Below the pieces are notes generated by a model. That model did not search any database. It was not told the origin of the DNA and saw nothing but the letters and a program-made list of their open reading frames with translations. Made by a program: the position numbers and the translations under genes. A DNA stretch of 64,000 nucleotides from an uncultured delta proteobacterium. GTDB taxonomy: Bacteria; Myxococcota; Myxococcia; Myxococcales; Myxococcaceae. The stretch lies in assembly GCA_963771175.1 (NCBI GenBank), contig CAVYSY010000056.1, forward strand, positions 32,001 through 96,000. Reading direction: 5' to 3'. Below, piece after piece: positions 28,750 to 37,847 of the stretch (position 1 is the first letter of the stretch; each line of letters begins with the position of its first letter).

Positions 28750-29706
28750 CTAGGCGCTCGGGTCGCCATCCTCATCGAACGGGAGGCCCACGGGCCGCGC
28801 TTCCGGCTCGCTGGCGGCGACAGGAGACGGCTCGCCCTGGACCTGGGCAGGTGCCAGTTCCGCCACGGGAGCCGGAGCCCCCGGCTCGGCGGGAGCAGCG
28901 GTGTGGACCGGGGCGGCCTCGAACGAGTCCACCACCTCGGGAGCCGGAGCCGGCACCTCCTCCGAGACGACCACGGAAGGCTCGGCCGCGAGCTCGGGCA
29001 CGAGGAGGGCGATGTCATCGAGGCTCGCGACGAACGCGTTCGCCCCCGAGTCGTCGAAGTCCGCCCCACCCTCCTCCAGGTTCTCGATGTCCTCGAGGCT
29101 CGCGAAGAACGACTCCGCGCCAGGGTCGCTGTAGGCCTCCTCGGCCTCGTCGACCTCATCGAGCTCCGCCTGCAGCGCGGAGAGCTCCGCCTCCATCCAG
29201 TTCTCATCCACCCCGGGAGCCACCTCGGCCTCGCCCTGCATGGAGGCCGCTGCCTGCTCCACCGCTGCCTGCGCCACCGCGGCCTGCTCCGCGGCGACAC
29301 GCTCCGCCCTGGCGGCCGCCGCATACGCACTCGCCCGGAACAGGTGCGCGAGCGTGACGCCCGGCTTGTCCGCGCCCGCCTCGGCGCCAGCGACTCCCTC
29401 CTGCGCGGCCTCCGTGCCCCCCTTCAGGTCCACGAGCTCCCGCTGGGCGCGCTCGAAGCCATCCACGTTGAGCAGCCTGGCGCGCAGCTCCGCGGTCTCG
29501 CGCTCCTTCGCCGCGCGCTCCGCCTCGAGCTCCTCCAGCTCGGCCTGGTGCTGGGCATTGATGGCGTTGAGGATGTCCTCCTCGGACTTCAGCTCCGCGT
29601 CCTCGGCCCCGATGTGCTTCTCGACGGCCTCGACGCGCCGCTGCCCCTGGATGAGGCCAGGGGTCTGAACGAACGGGTTGAAGCCGCCAATCCTTCGGAT
29701 GCTCAT
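28750..29706 (-). CDS. Acidic, Ala/Glu/Pro-rich hypothetical protein with coiled coil
   Basis: GC3-biased ORF starting MSIRRIGG. Confidence 0.65.
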   Translation of the reverse strand: MSIRRIGGFNPFVQTPGLIQGQRRVEAVEKHIGAEDAELKSEEDILNAINAQHQAELEELEAERAAKERETAELRARLLNVDGFERAQRELVDLKGGTEAAQEGVAGAEAGADKPGVTLAHLFRASAYAAAARAERVAAEQAAVAQAAVEQAAASMQGEAEVAPGVDENWMEAELSALQAELDEVDEAEEAYSDPGAESFFASLEDIENLEEGGADFDDSGANAFVASLDDIALLVPELAAEPSVVVSEEVPAPAPEVVDSFEAAPVHTAAPAEPGAPAPVAELAPAQVQGEPSPVAASEPEARPVGLPFDEDGDPSA

Positions 29707-29864
29707 GGACGGGTCCTCGCTGTGCGGGCGCACGGGGGGTGCATCGTCCCATTATTGTCGCAGCGAAGCCCTCCGGGTTGCGAGCCCCCCGAAAAACGTG
29801 ACGGAAGGCGACCCACCCTCGGGGTAGCCTGAGACCCCAACCCACACTCCCCGTCGAGGCCGAC

Positions 29865-31693
29865 ATGTCCGCGTCCAGCCACTACAAGCCCAACCTGCGC
29901 GACCTGCTTTCAACCTCTTCGAGTTCCTGAACATCGGCCGCACCTCGCTGGGCAAGGCGCCCTTCGGGGACTTCGACGAGACGGCGGCGCGGCAGACGCT
30001 GGAGACGTTCGCCCAGGTGGCGACCGAGCAGCTGGCCGCCTCCTTCTCCGAGGCCGACCGCAACCCGCCGAAGTTCGATCCGGCGACGCACGAGGTGACG
30101 CTGCCCCCGGGCGCTCAAGCAGTCGCTCCACGGCCTACTACGAGGCGGGGATGAACCAGCTCGAGCTGCCGGTGCACCTGGGCGGCATGGCGGCGCCGCC
30201 CTCGCTGAACTGGGCCGCCTTCGAGCTGGTGGTGGGCGCCAACCCGCCGCTGTCCTTCTACACGCTGGCCACGCTGATGGCCCGGGTGCTGGACCAGCTG
30301 GGCACGGAGGAGCAGCGCAAGCGCTACCTGCCGCAGATGACCGAGCGCCACTGGGGCGCGACCATGGTCCTCACCGAGCCGGACGCGGGCAGCGACGTGG
30401 GCAACGCCCGGACGCGCGCCAAGCAGCAGTGGAGGGGGACGTCTGGGAGCTCGAGGGCGTGAAGCGCTTCATCACCAACGGGGAGTTCGACGGACCGGAG
30501 AACATCGTGCACCTGGTGCTCGCGCGTCCCGAGGGCGCCGGCCCGGGCACCAAGGGGCTCTCGCTCTTCATCGTCCCCAAGTTCTGGGTGAACGAGGACG
30601 GCAGCCTCGGTGAGCGCAACGGGGTCTACTGCACCAAGCTCGAGAAGAAGATGGGGCTCAAGGGCTCGACCACCGCCGAGCTGACCTTCGGCGACGGGAA
30701 GCCCGCGCGCGGCCTGCTGATGGGCAACGTGCACGACGGCATCCGCCAGATGTTCATGGTCATCGAGCAGGCGCGCATGGCGATCGGCATGAAGAGCATG
30801 TCCACGCTCTCCACCGCCTACCTGAACGCGCTGGAGTTCGCGAAGGAGCGCATCCAGGGCTCGGACCTGATGCAGGCGCGAGGACAAGGCCGCGCCCAAG
30901 GTGGCGATCATCCAGCACCCGGACGTGCGCCGGATGCTGATGCAGCTCAAGTCCCACGCCGAGGGCATGCGCGCGCTCTGCCTCTTCGCCGCGAGCATCC
31001 AGGACCAGGTCGCGCTGCCGCGGCGGACACCGGGCGGAGGAGGCCAAGGAGGTCGACGCGCTCAACGACCTGCTGCTGCCGCTGGTGAAGGGCTACAACT
31101 CGGAGAAGGCCTACGAGCTGCTCGCGGTGGCGCTGCAGGTCTTCGGCGGCAGCGGGTACCTGCAGGACTACCCGATGGAGCAGTACATCCGCGACCAGAA
31201 GATCGACTCGCTCTACGAGGGGACCACGCACATCCAGGCGCAGGACCTCCTGTTCCGCAAGATCGCGCGCGACGGCGGGGCCACGCTGCAGGGCCTGCTG
31301 GGCCGGATCCGCGAGACGGCGGAGGGCACCGAGGGCGGCGAGGCGCTGGCGGCCGAGCGCGCGGCGCTGGGCAAGGCGCTGGGCCAGGCGGAGGCGATGT
31401 TCGGCGCGCTGATGGGCAAGTTCGGCGAGTCGCTCTACCACGTGGGCCTGCAGGGCAACCGCGTGCTGATGGCCACCGCGGAGCTGGTCATCGGCTGGCT
31501 GCTGGTGCGCCACGCGGCGGTCGCGCTGGACCAGGTGAAGGTGAACCCCGGCGACAAGGACTTCTACGAGGGCAAGGTCGCCAGCGCGCGCTACTTCGTG
31601 AAGGAGGTCCTCCCGAACTGGCCCACGCCGCGCAGCAAGGTGGTGCAGGGCTCGGACCTGGCGCTCATGGAGCTGCCGGACGAGGTGTTCTGA
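29865..31693 (+). CDS. Acyl-CoA dehydrogenase (long family), at least six apparent indels
   Basis: [68 protein letters not shown] spread over several frames. Confidence 0.85.
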
Positions 31694-31823
31694 GTCTCGA
31701 ATTCCGAGAAATCAAAACAGGGCACCTGGGCTCCTGCCCGAATTTCAAGCAAGGGACCGTCTTGCTTCAGGACACCTCCGTCCCCTGGCTCAATCCCGCG
31801 TTCTTCCAGGGGAAACCCGTTGG

Positions 31824-31944
31824 GGTGTCAAGTTTATTGACACCTCCCGGCGGGAGCCTGGAGCCGCACCGCTCCAACGAGGCCCCACACGTTCGCGTAA
31901 CCTCCCGGAATCCCTCGGATGTCAGAGCTGGCACGTAGGCTGCT
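31824..31944 (+). promoter_or_regulatory. Sigma-54 promoter with upstream palindromic enhancer site
   Basis: TGGCACG-tagg-CTGCT at 31929-31944; ggtgtcaa-N5-ttgacacc at 31824-31844. Confidence 0.6.
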
Positions 31945-32018
31945 CTGAGCATGGGACGTAACGGACGGGGCGGTTCCCTTCCGCCGTCCGATGTGCCTCG
32001 TAGTCGAAAGGAATTCCG

Positions 32019-32828
32019 ATGCTCAAGTTTCGCTCTGTCGCCCTGCTGGCTGGTGTGACCCTCCTTGGCACCGCCTGCGGTGGCCCCGAGGCCGCCCAGG
32101 AGCAGAAGCCCCTGTCGTGGGAGGAGTTCCAGGCGAACGTCTATCAGGAGCCGGAGACTGGCGCGTTCATCTATGCCGGCGACCAGAAGGCCGACAGCGT
32201 GGAGGAGCTGCGCGAGGTCTACAACCAGTTCGCCAACGGTGACGTGGGCACGGTGGAGGGCGGGCTGGCCGTCTATTACTCCGGCGGCAAGGACATCAAG
32301 TGGACCGCCAGCCAGGCGCTGAACCTGACCTACTGCGTGAGCAGCAAGTTCGGCAGCAACTACAGCAAGGTGGTCAGCGCGATGAACACCGCGACCAGCG
32401 CCTGGGAGGGCGCGGGCAAGGTGAACTTCGTCCACGTGTCCGCGCAGGACAGCAACTGCACCAAGAGCAACGGCAACGTGGTGTTCGACGTGAACCCGGT
32501 GAACGCGGGTGGCCAGTACCTGGCGCGCGCCTTCTTCCCGAACTCCGCTCGCTCGGGCCGCAACGTGCTCATCGAGAACTCGGCCTTCTCGGCGGGCGCG
32601 CCGGGCCTGGACGGGATTCTCCGCCACGAGCTGGGCCACACCCTCGGCTTCCGCCACGAGCACACCCGCCCCGAGGCCGGTGTTTGCTACGAGGACAACG
32701 CCTGGCGCGCGCTGACGACGTACGACTCCAGCTCCGTGATGCACTACCCCCAGTGCAACGGCACCAACACCTGGAACCTGACGCTCACCACCAAGGACAA
32801 GACCGGCGCGGGCATCCTCTACCCGTAG
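32019..32828 (+). CDS. Zinc metalloprotease lipoprotein (M57/matrixin-like metzincin)
   Basis: LLGTA-C lipobox, ARAFFP, HELGHTLGFRHEH, YDSSSVMHY Met-turn. Confidence 0.9.
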   Translation: MLKFRSVALLAGVTLLGTACGGPEAAQEQKPLSWEEFQANVYQEPETGAFIYAGDQKADSVEELREVYNQFANGDVGTVEGGLAVYYSGGKDIKWTASQALNLTYCVSSKFGSNYSKVVSAMNTATSAWEGAGKVNFVHVSAQDSNCTKSNGNVVFDVNPVNAGGQYLARAFFPNSARSGRNVLIENSAFSAGAPGLDGILRHELGHTLGFRHEHTRPEAGVCYEDNAWRALTTYDSSSVMHYPQCNGTNTWNLTLTTKDKTGAGILYP

Positions 32829-32861
32829 TCAGGTCGCTCGGGACTCCGAGCTGAAGCACCC

Positions 32862-32898
32862 ACGGGCGGCTCCGAAGAGGGGCCGCCCGTCGTCTTTT
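32862..32898 (+). terminator. Rho-independent terminator
   Basis: acgggcggct..ggccgcccgt stem followed by cgtctttt. Confidence 0.7.
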
Positions 32899-33021
32899 CA
32901 TGCAGCACGGAGCGCCTGACGCCGCCGCCGAGGCCGGTTCCCGAAATAATGATTTCCAGGTTCGTCTCGTCTGTCTAGAATTCCAGGTGCTTTATCCGGA
33001 CCCTCTCCACGGAGCACCTCC

Positions 33022-33180
33022 ATGAAGCACATCCGCACCGTCCTCCTCGTCGCCGTCGCCGCCGTTGCCCTGAGTGTCGGCTTTGCCTCCTCCTCCGCGC
33101 AGGCCGCGGACACGTGCGCGCCGTACTGCTACAAGCACCCCATTACGGGTCAGCTCGTCTGCACGGTCCCCTGTCCGTGA
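33022..33180 (+). CDS. Small secreted 4-Cys peptide, 52 aa (not in ORF track)
   Basis: MKHIRTVLLVAVAAVALSVGFASSSAQA-ADTCAPYCYKHPITGQLVCTVPCP*; GGAG RBS; Sec signal with AQA cleavage site. Confidence 0.75.
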   Translation: MKHIRTVLLVAVAAVALSVGFASSSAQAADTCAPYCYKHPITGQLVCTVPCP

Positions 33181-33195
33181 TTCTGTCCTGACCAC

Positions 33196-33355
33196 GACGT
33201 CACCTGTCCGATGCGGTCCTCCCTGTGGAGCATGCGCGCGTTGACGCAGGTGGCGGACTGGAGGGCCCGCGGGGGCGTCATGCGGTAATCCACCATGAGT
33301 TCCAACTCGCGGGCGTTGTCCCCGTGGGTGACGACTCCCACGTCGCTGCCGAGGT
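33196..33355 (-). pseudogene. Fragment of an amidohydrolase (Xaa-Pro dipeptidase-like) C-terminus
   Basis: GSDVGVVTHGDNARELELMV..MTP..ALQSAT..NARML..DRIGQV with no N-terminal part. Confidence 0.6.
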
Positions 33356-33389
33356 AGGCGACTTATTATAGGTCCGCCTCCTCGCTCCC

Positions 33390-33581
33390 CTACTCGTCCT
33401 CCTCCACCGCCGAGGCATCCTTGCCGAAGGGCGGCGCGAACACGCCGGAGAGCTGCCGCTCCTTGAGTTCCTTGTCGCGCTCCAGGTCGGCGTAGGCCAT
33501 GCCCGGGGACTCGGCATCAGCGGAGCCCCTTGGCGCCTCCTGCTCCCGGAACCGCGAGGCGAGCTTCTTCCACAGGTTCAT
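33390..33581 (-). CDS. Small hypothetical protein, 63 aa
   Basis: GGAGG RBS, MNLWKKLASRFRE..; GC3-biased. Confidence 0.5.
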   Translation of the reverse strand: MNLWKKLASRFREQEAPRGSADAESPGMAYADLERDKELKERQLSGVFAPPFGKDASAVEEDE

Positions 33582-33870
33582 GGACTTCCTCCCAGGCGGC
33601 GCGGAGCCGCGTACCCGGTGAAGATGCGCACGCCCGGGAGGACGCAGGCCACGACCCCACGGAGCCGTTGCCCGCGGATGCCCTGGGTCCGAAGCGTGAG
33701 GAGGTGAACCGAGCGGGCCCCTTCCGCACGAAGCCTCGTGCGCTCCCATGCCCGCCCGCTCGCAAGGCGCGTGCAAAACGGCATGCTTTGGCGCAGAAGG
33801 CGAGTGAGGAAGGCCCGTGGCCCTCCTCATCACAGCGCGCCGGCAGGCGCGAAGGACGGGCAGGCGTCAG

Positions 33871-35076
33871 ATGGACGAGGTGACCGCGGGAGCATCCGGG
33901 AAGGTGGCGTCGAGGTTGGAGCTGTCGGCGGGGGCACTGGCCGCGAACGTGGCCACGTTCCGCGAGCTGTCCGCGGGAGTGGGCGGGCCGAAGGGGCTCG
34001 GCGCGGTGCTGAAGGGCAACGCGTACGGGCACGGGCTGGCGCAGATGCTGCCGCTGGTACACCCGCTGGTGGACGTCCTCTACTTCATCACGCCGGGGGA
34101 CGCGCTGGCGGCGCGGGCGCTCGAGGAGGCGCGAGGCCTGCCGCGCAAGCAGGTGCTGGTCCTGGGTGCCACGGACGCGGAGGAGGCGGTGGCGCTGGCG
34201 CGAGCGGGCGTGGAGGTGGTGGTGGGGGACGGCTCGTGGCGGGACACGGTGGCGGAGCTGCGCCGCGCGAAGCTGGAGCACCCGCTGCGGGTGCACGTGC
34301 ACGTGGACACGGGGCTGGGCCGCGAGGGCTTCACACCGGGACAGATCGCCGGCGGCGAGCTGGACTTCCTGCGCGAGTCGGCGGACGTGCTGCGGGTGGT
34401 GGGAGCGCTGAGTCACTTCGCCAACACCGAGGACGTGACGGAGCAGAACTACGCCGAGACGCAGGTCGACATCTTCGAGGGCGGGCTGATGGCGCTGCGC
34501 ACGAGCGTGCCGGTGCAGGAGCCCCTGCAGCGGCACATGGCGGCGAGCGCGGCGACGCTGGTGCTTCCGCGAGCGCGCTACGATGCGCAGCGCGTGGGCA
34601 TCTCGCTGTATGGCCTGTGGCCCTCGTCGGAGACGCGGCTGTCGGCGCGGCTGGTGCTCGGCCGGGTGCCGGAGCTGAGGCCGGTGCTCTCCTGGCGCTG
34701 CCCGAGCCAGGTGGTGAAGTGGCTGCCGGCGGGGAGCTACGTGGGCTACGGCTGCACGTACCGCTGCCCCGAGGCGACGCGGGTGGCCATCCTCCCGGTG
34801 GGCTACTTCGACGGCTATCCTCGACTGGTGTCGGGGAAGGGGCACGTGCTGGTGAACGGGCGGCGGTGCCCGGTGCTGGGGCGAGTGATGATGAACCACA
34901 CCATCGTGGACGTGACGCGGGCCACGCACGACGAGCGCCCGCTGACGGCGACGCTCATCGGCAGGGACGGCGACGAGCACCTGCACGTGGAGAGCGTGGC
35001 GGACTGGGCGCAGACGATTCATTACGAAATCACGACGAGGCTGGGAGCCCACCTGCGTCGTGTCGTGGTCCCCTGA
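33871..35076 (+). CDS. alr: Alanine racemase
   Basis: AVLKGNAYGHG, HVDTGLGREG, SHFA, VGYG, PVGYFDG, GRVMMN, TIHYEI. Confidence 0.92.
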   Translation: MDEVTAGASGKVASRLELSAGALAANVATFRELSAGVGGPKGLGAVLKGNAYGHGLAQMLPLVHPLVDVLYFITPGDALAARALEEARGLPRKQVLVLGATDAEEAVALARAGVEVVVGDGSWRDTVAELRRAKLEHPLRVHVHVDTGLGREGFTPGQIAGGELDFLRESADVLRVVGALSHFANTEDVTEQNYAETQVDIFEGGLMALRTSVPVQEPLQRHMAASAATLVLPRARYDAQRVGISLYGLWPSSETRLSARLVLGRVPELRPVLSWRCPSQVVKWLPAGSYVGYGCTYRCPEATRVAILPVGYFDGYPRLVSGKGHVLVNGRRCPVLGRVMMNHTIVDVTRATHDERPLTATLIGRDGDEHLHVESVADWAQTIHYEITTRLGAHLRRVVVP

Positions 35077-35083
35077 AGCCCGC

Positions 35084-36223
35084 CTAACGCCGCAGCTCGG
35101 GCGTGCACCCGAACACGGTCATGTCCTCGGACACAGTGGAGCACGTCCACCCGGGGCCGCAGGAGCGCAGCTCCATCGGGTCGCACTTGCGGAAGCAGGT
35201 GCTGACGATGGGGCTGCCCACTCCACAGACCTGGCCCTCGGGGCAACTCGCGGACACCAGCGGATTGCAGACGCGGGCGCACCAGGAGACGGCGTGGCCC
35301 CGGGACATGCGCAGGTTGCACCGCTCGCCTTCCGGGCAAGGGGTGTCACGACAGTCCCCCTGGGAGTCCACGAGACATTGATACTGCTCGTCCTGGACGC
35401 GTGAGCAGCGCTGTCCCTCGGGGCAGCCGAGCCGCTGGCAGTCGGGGAAACAACCCGGGCCATTGAGACTGTCGGTACAGAGGAAACCCGAGGAACAACC
35501 CGAGGGCTCACCGGGCACGCACGGCACGGAGCACACCTGGTTGACGCAGCGAAGGCCCTCGCGACAGGAGCCCGCGGGCGAGATGGGTACGGTGTCACAG
35601 GACTCGCCCTCGCGCCGCACGCCCTCGGGGACACAGCGACGGATGACGGTGTTGCCAGTGGCTCCGGTGGTGACGGGCCGACACACGGAGCCGGGAAAGC
35701 AGTGCACATCCTCTTCACACTCGGAGGCCTGACACTCGAAACGGCGCGTCTCGCGATTGGCCACGCAGCCCTGCCCGGGCTGACAGTCTCCATCGGTGCG
35801 ACAGCTTCCACAGTCGAGCCCGGTGGCCGTCCGGTTGCAGCGGATCGCCGAGACCGGGAGACCATCCGACGCGTGCTCCTCCGAGGATGAAGGCAGGACC
35901 GTTACCGGAGGTGGTGCGGGGGAGGAAGAGCGCTCCTCGGAGGCAGGAGCGGGCGCGCCAGGCAAGACGCGGAGCTGACTCCAGGACATGCCCCCCACCA
36001 GACGCGAGGAGGCGGAGACGCTGGCATCGAGCACGGGCGCTCCATGAAGAAGGGCACGGACTCGGGGCCGGGGAAGCTCTGGGAGTGCTTCCAGTCCGTC
36101 CCGTGGAGACTCTCGCGGGCCCGGAGCGAGTGCGGCGGTGGCGAGCTGCCAGAGGAACACGACCAGACCACCAAGGGCCGCGGTGAACGCGACCCGCTTC
36201 GGGCGTGTCCTCTCACGCCGCAT
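35084..36223 (-). CDS. Membrane-anchored or secreted Cys-rich repeat protein
   Basis: N-terminal hydrophobic segment, Pro/Ser linker, then a very Cys-dense domain (CRTDGDCQPGQGC, CPEGQRC, CPEGERC, CPEGQVC). Confidence 0.75.
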   Translation of the reverse strand: MRRERTRPKRVAFTAALGGLVVFLWQLATAALAPGPRESPRDGLEALPELPRPRVRALLHGAPVLDASVSASSRLVGGMSWSQLRVLPGAPAPASEERSSSPAPPPVTVLPSSSEEHASDGLPVSAIRCNRTATGLDCGSCRTDGDCQPGQGCVANRETRRFECQASECEEDVHCFPGSVCRPVTTGATGNTVIRRCVPEGVRREGESCDTVPISPAGSCREGLRCVNQVCSVPCVPGEPSGCSSGFLCTDSLNGPGCFPDCQRLGCPEGQRCSRVQDEQYQCLVDSQGDCRDTPCPEGERCNLRMSRGHAVSWCARVCNPLVSASCPEGQVCGVGSPIVSTCFRKCDPMELRSCGPGWTCSTVSEDMTVFGCTPELRR

Positions 36224-36300
36224 GTGCTGCGCCTCTCATGTGTCTTCCCCTCCGTGACGCTGGGCTTTACCGCTTCACGGTGCGCTGGTCCCTGGGGCCC

Positions 36301-36327
36301 GCCTCTCCCTGTGTCGGGGGAGGGGGC
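36301..36327 (-). terminator. Hairpin between the peptide gene and the Cys-rich gene
   Basis: gcctctccct-gtgtc-gggggagggggc imperfect inverted repeat. Confidence 0.4.
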
Positions 36328-36369
36328 GACGGGGTACCACATCCACTTCAGATCCAGCTCAAGTCACCG

Positions 36370-36540
36370 TCAGCAAGCGTAGACGTCACAACACATGAGG
36401 TAGCCCCCGTCCGAGCCACAACCACACGGTGCACAGTTCCAGCACTCCTTGTTCATTGCATACGCGGCCCCTCCACCGAGAGCGGCTGCGGTAGCGATGA
36501 TCAACATCCAACGGCGCCAGCGGGTCTTGTTCGTTTGCAT
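36370..36540 (-). CDS. Small secreted 7-Cys peptide, 56 aa
   Basis: GGAGG RBS; MQTNKTRWRRWMLIIATAAALGGGAAYA-MNKECWNCAPCGCGSDGGYLMCCDVYAC. Confidence 0.75.
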   Translation of the reverse strand: MQTNKTRWRRWMLIIATAAALGGGAAYAMNKECWNCAPCGCGSDGGYLMCCDVYAC

Positions 36541-36576
36541 GACGTCCTCCGGGTTCACAACGGGAAACCAGGCAGC

Positions 36577-37494
36577 TCACAACGCGACGCCCTCTGGCGG
36601 GGCCTGGCGGGCCCCACCCCTCCCCCGCATCTCCAACTCGAACCGGGCCCCCTCATCCCGAGGCAGCGCACCGGTGACGACGACGAGCCATCCCCACCCA
36701 CCGGGAGGGAGTGACTCGGGCTCCATGCGAAGGGCCCGCACCTCCACCTCGCCTCCTCCCCCCGCGTGATGCACCCGAACCGCGCCGGGCTCCCAGGGCC
36801 GCAGCGGATCGGGATTCCTCACCCTCACCACGAAGCCGGACAGTCCTCCCGCGTGGAACGGGCGCCGCTCCAGCTCGAGCCCCGCGCCCGGACGCCAGAG
36901 CGCCGACGTCACGTCCAAGGACATGCGCTCGGAGCGTCCGGCGAGTCCCAACATCACCTCCGCGAGCCGGCCGGCCCGCCCCTCGCCCCCACGGGCCCGC
37001 TGCCGCTCCGGCCACTCCGCGCGCCCCTCCCGCAGCCCACGCAGGTGCTCACGCCATGCCGTGGACACGAGTGCCAGGCGGCGCGGCTCGCTCCTCGCGA
37101 CGCGCACCTGCACGTCCACCTCGGTGGGGCTGGCGACGAGCACGAAGGGCAACCGCGTGCCCTCCGCGAGCACCACTTGGAGTGTCACCTGCTCGCCCGC
37201 TGGGAGTTCCTCGCGGGGCGTGACGACGAGGAAGTCATTGCCCAGCAGCAGGGGCTCGAAGCGCCCATGCGTGTCGTGCAGACGCGTGCGCACCGCGTCC
37301 AGGGCGGTGTCGAAACGGAGCCGCGTCGCCGTCCGGGCGGCCACACGCACCTCCTCGACCCGACCCGACCCCGTGACAGCACGCAGCCTCGGCTTTCGCC
37401 CCTCCGGCTGCGCCTCCACCCCCGACGCGGAGACACGCATGGCGACCAGGACCAGCATGACGCAAAAAGTCATCCCGGTGTGTCCTGACCTCAT
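36577..37494 (-). CDS. DUF2381 (TIGR02268-like) myxobacterial family protein
   Basis: EVRVAA..AT.LRFD..L, L.V.LAEGTRLPFVLV..EVDVQVRV, VRVRNPD..PW, LPPGG.G.LVV, F.LE..GGAR pattern. Confidence 0.75.
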   Translation of the reverse strand: MRSGHTGMTFCVMLVLVAMRVSASGVEAQPEGRKPRLRAVTGSGRVEEVRVAARTATRLRFDTALDAVRTRLHDTHGRFEPLLLGNDFLVVTPREELPAGEQVTLQVVLAEGTRLPFVLVASPTEVDVQVRVARSEPRRLALVSTAWREHLRGLREGRAEWPERQRARGGEGRAGRLAEVMLGLAGRSERMSLDVTSALWRPGAGLELERRPFHAGGLSGFVVRVRNPDPLRPWEPGAVRVHHAGGGGEVEVRALRMEPESLPPGGWGWLVVVTGALPRDEGARFELEMRGRGGARQAPPEGVAL

Positions 37495-37695
37495 GCATCA
37501 CATAACCTAACAAGCAAGGCGGAAGGTGGGGAGGGCTGAAGTTGGATTACGTGAACCCACCAACTCAGACCAGAGGGTGAGGCCCATGTAATTCATCATC
37601 CTCACGCATTGCGTCACAAACCCTCGAACAGGGCGGGAACGGCGAAACCCGCAAGGGATTGTTTGACCGGCGAGAAAGGGCTGGGCTATCAAATA

Positions 37696-37716
37696 TGAAA
37701 ATTGATTCAGTCGTCA
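37696..37716. promoter_or_regulatory. Putative TetR operator, copy 1
   Basis: TGAAAATTGATTCAGTCGTCA matches TGAA-N4-GAwTC-N4-kTCA, also present at 47698. Confidence 0.6.
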
Positions 37717-37847
37717 CTTTCAGCTTCGTCGGCATGCGGTGAGTGCACTGGGAGCAAGAGGCGGCTCTCGACGCACTGCGCGACGAAGATGATTTTCATC
37801 AAGCGGGGCCTGGCGCCTCGCGCAACAACCCCGAAGGAGCGGCGCAG

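Noticed and set aside
36370..36540. Ranthipeptide or lanthipeptide precursor
   Set aside because: No radical SAM, LanM/LanB or peptidase-ABC gene nearby; the leader looks like a Sec signal
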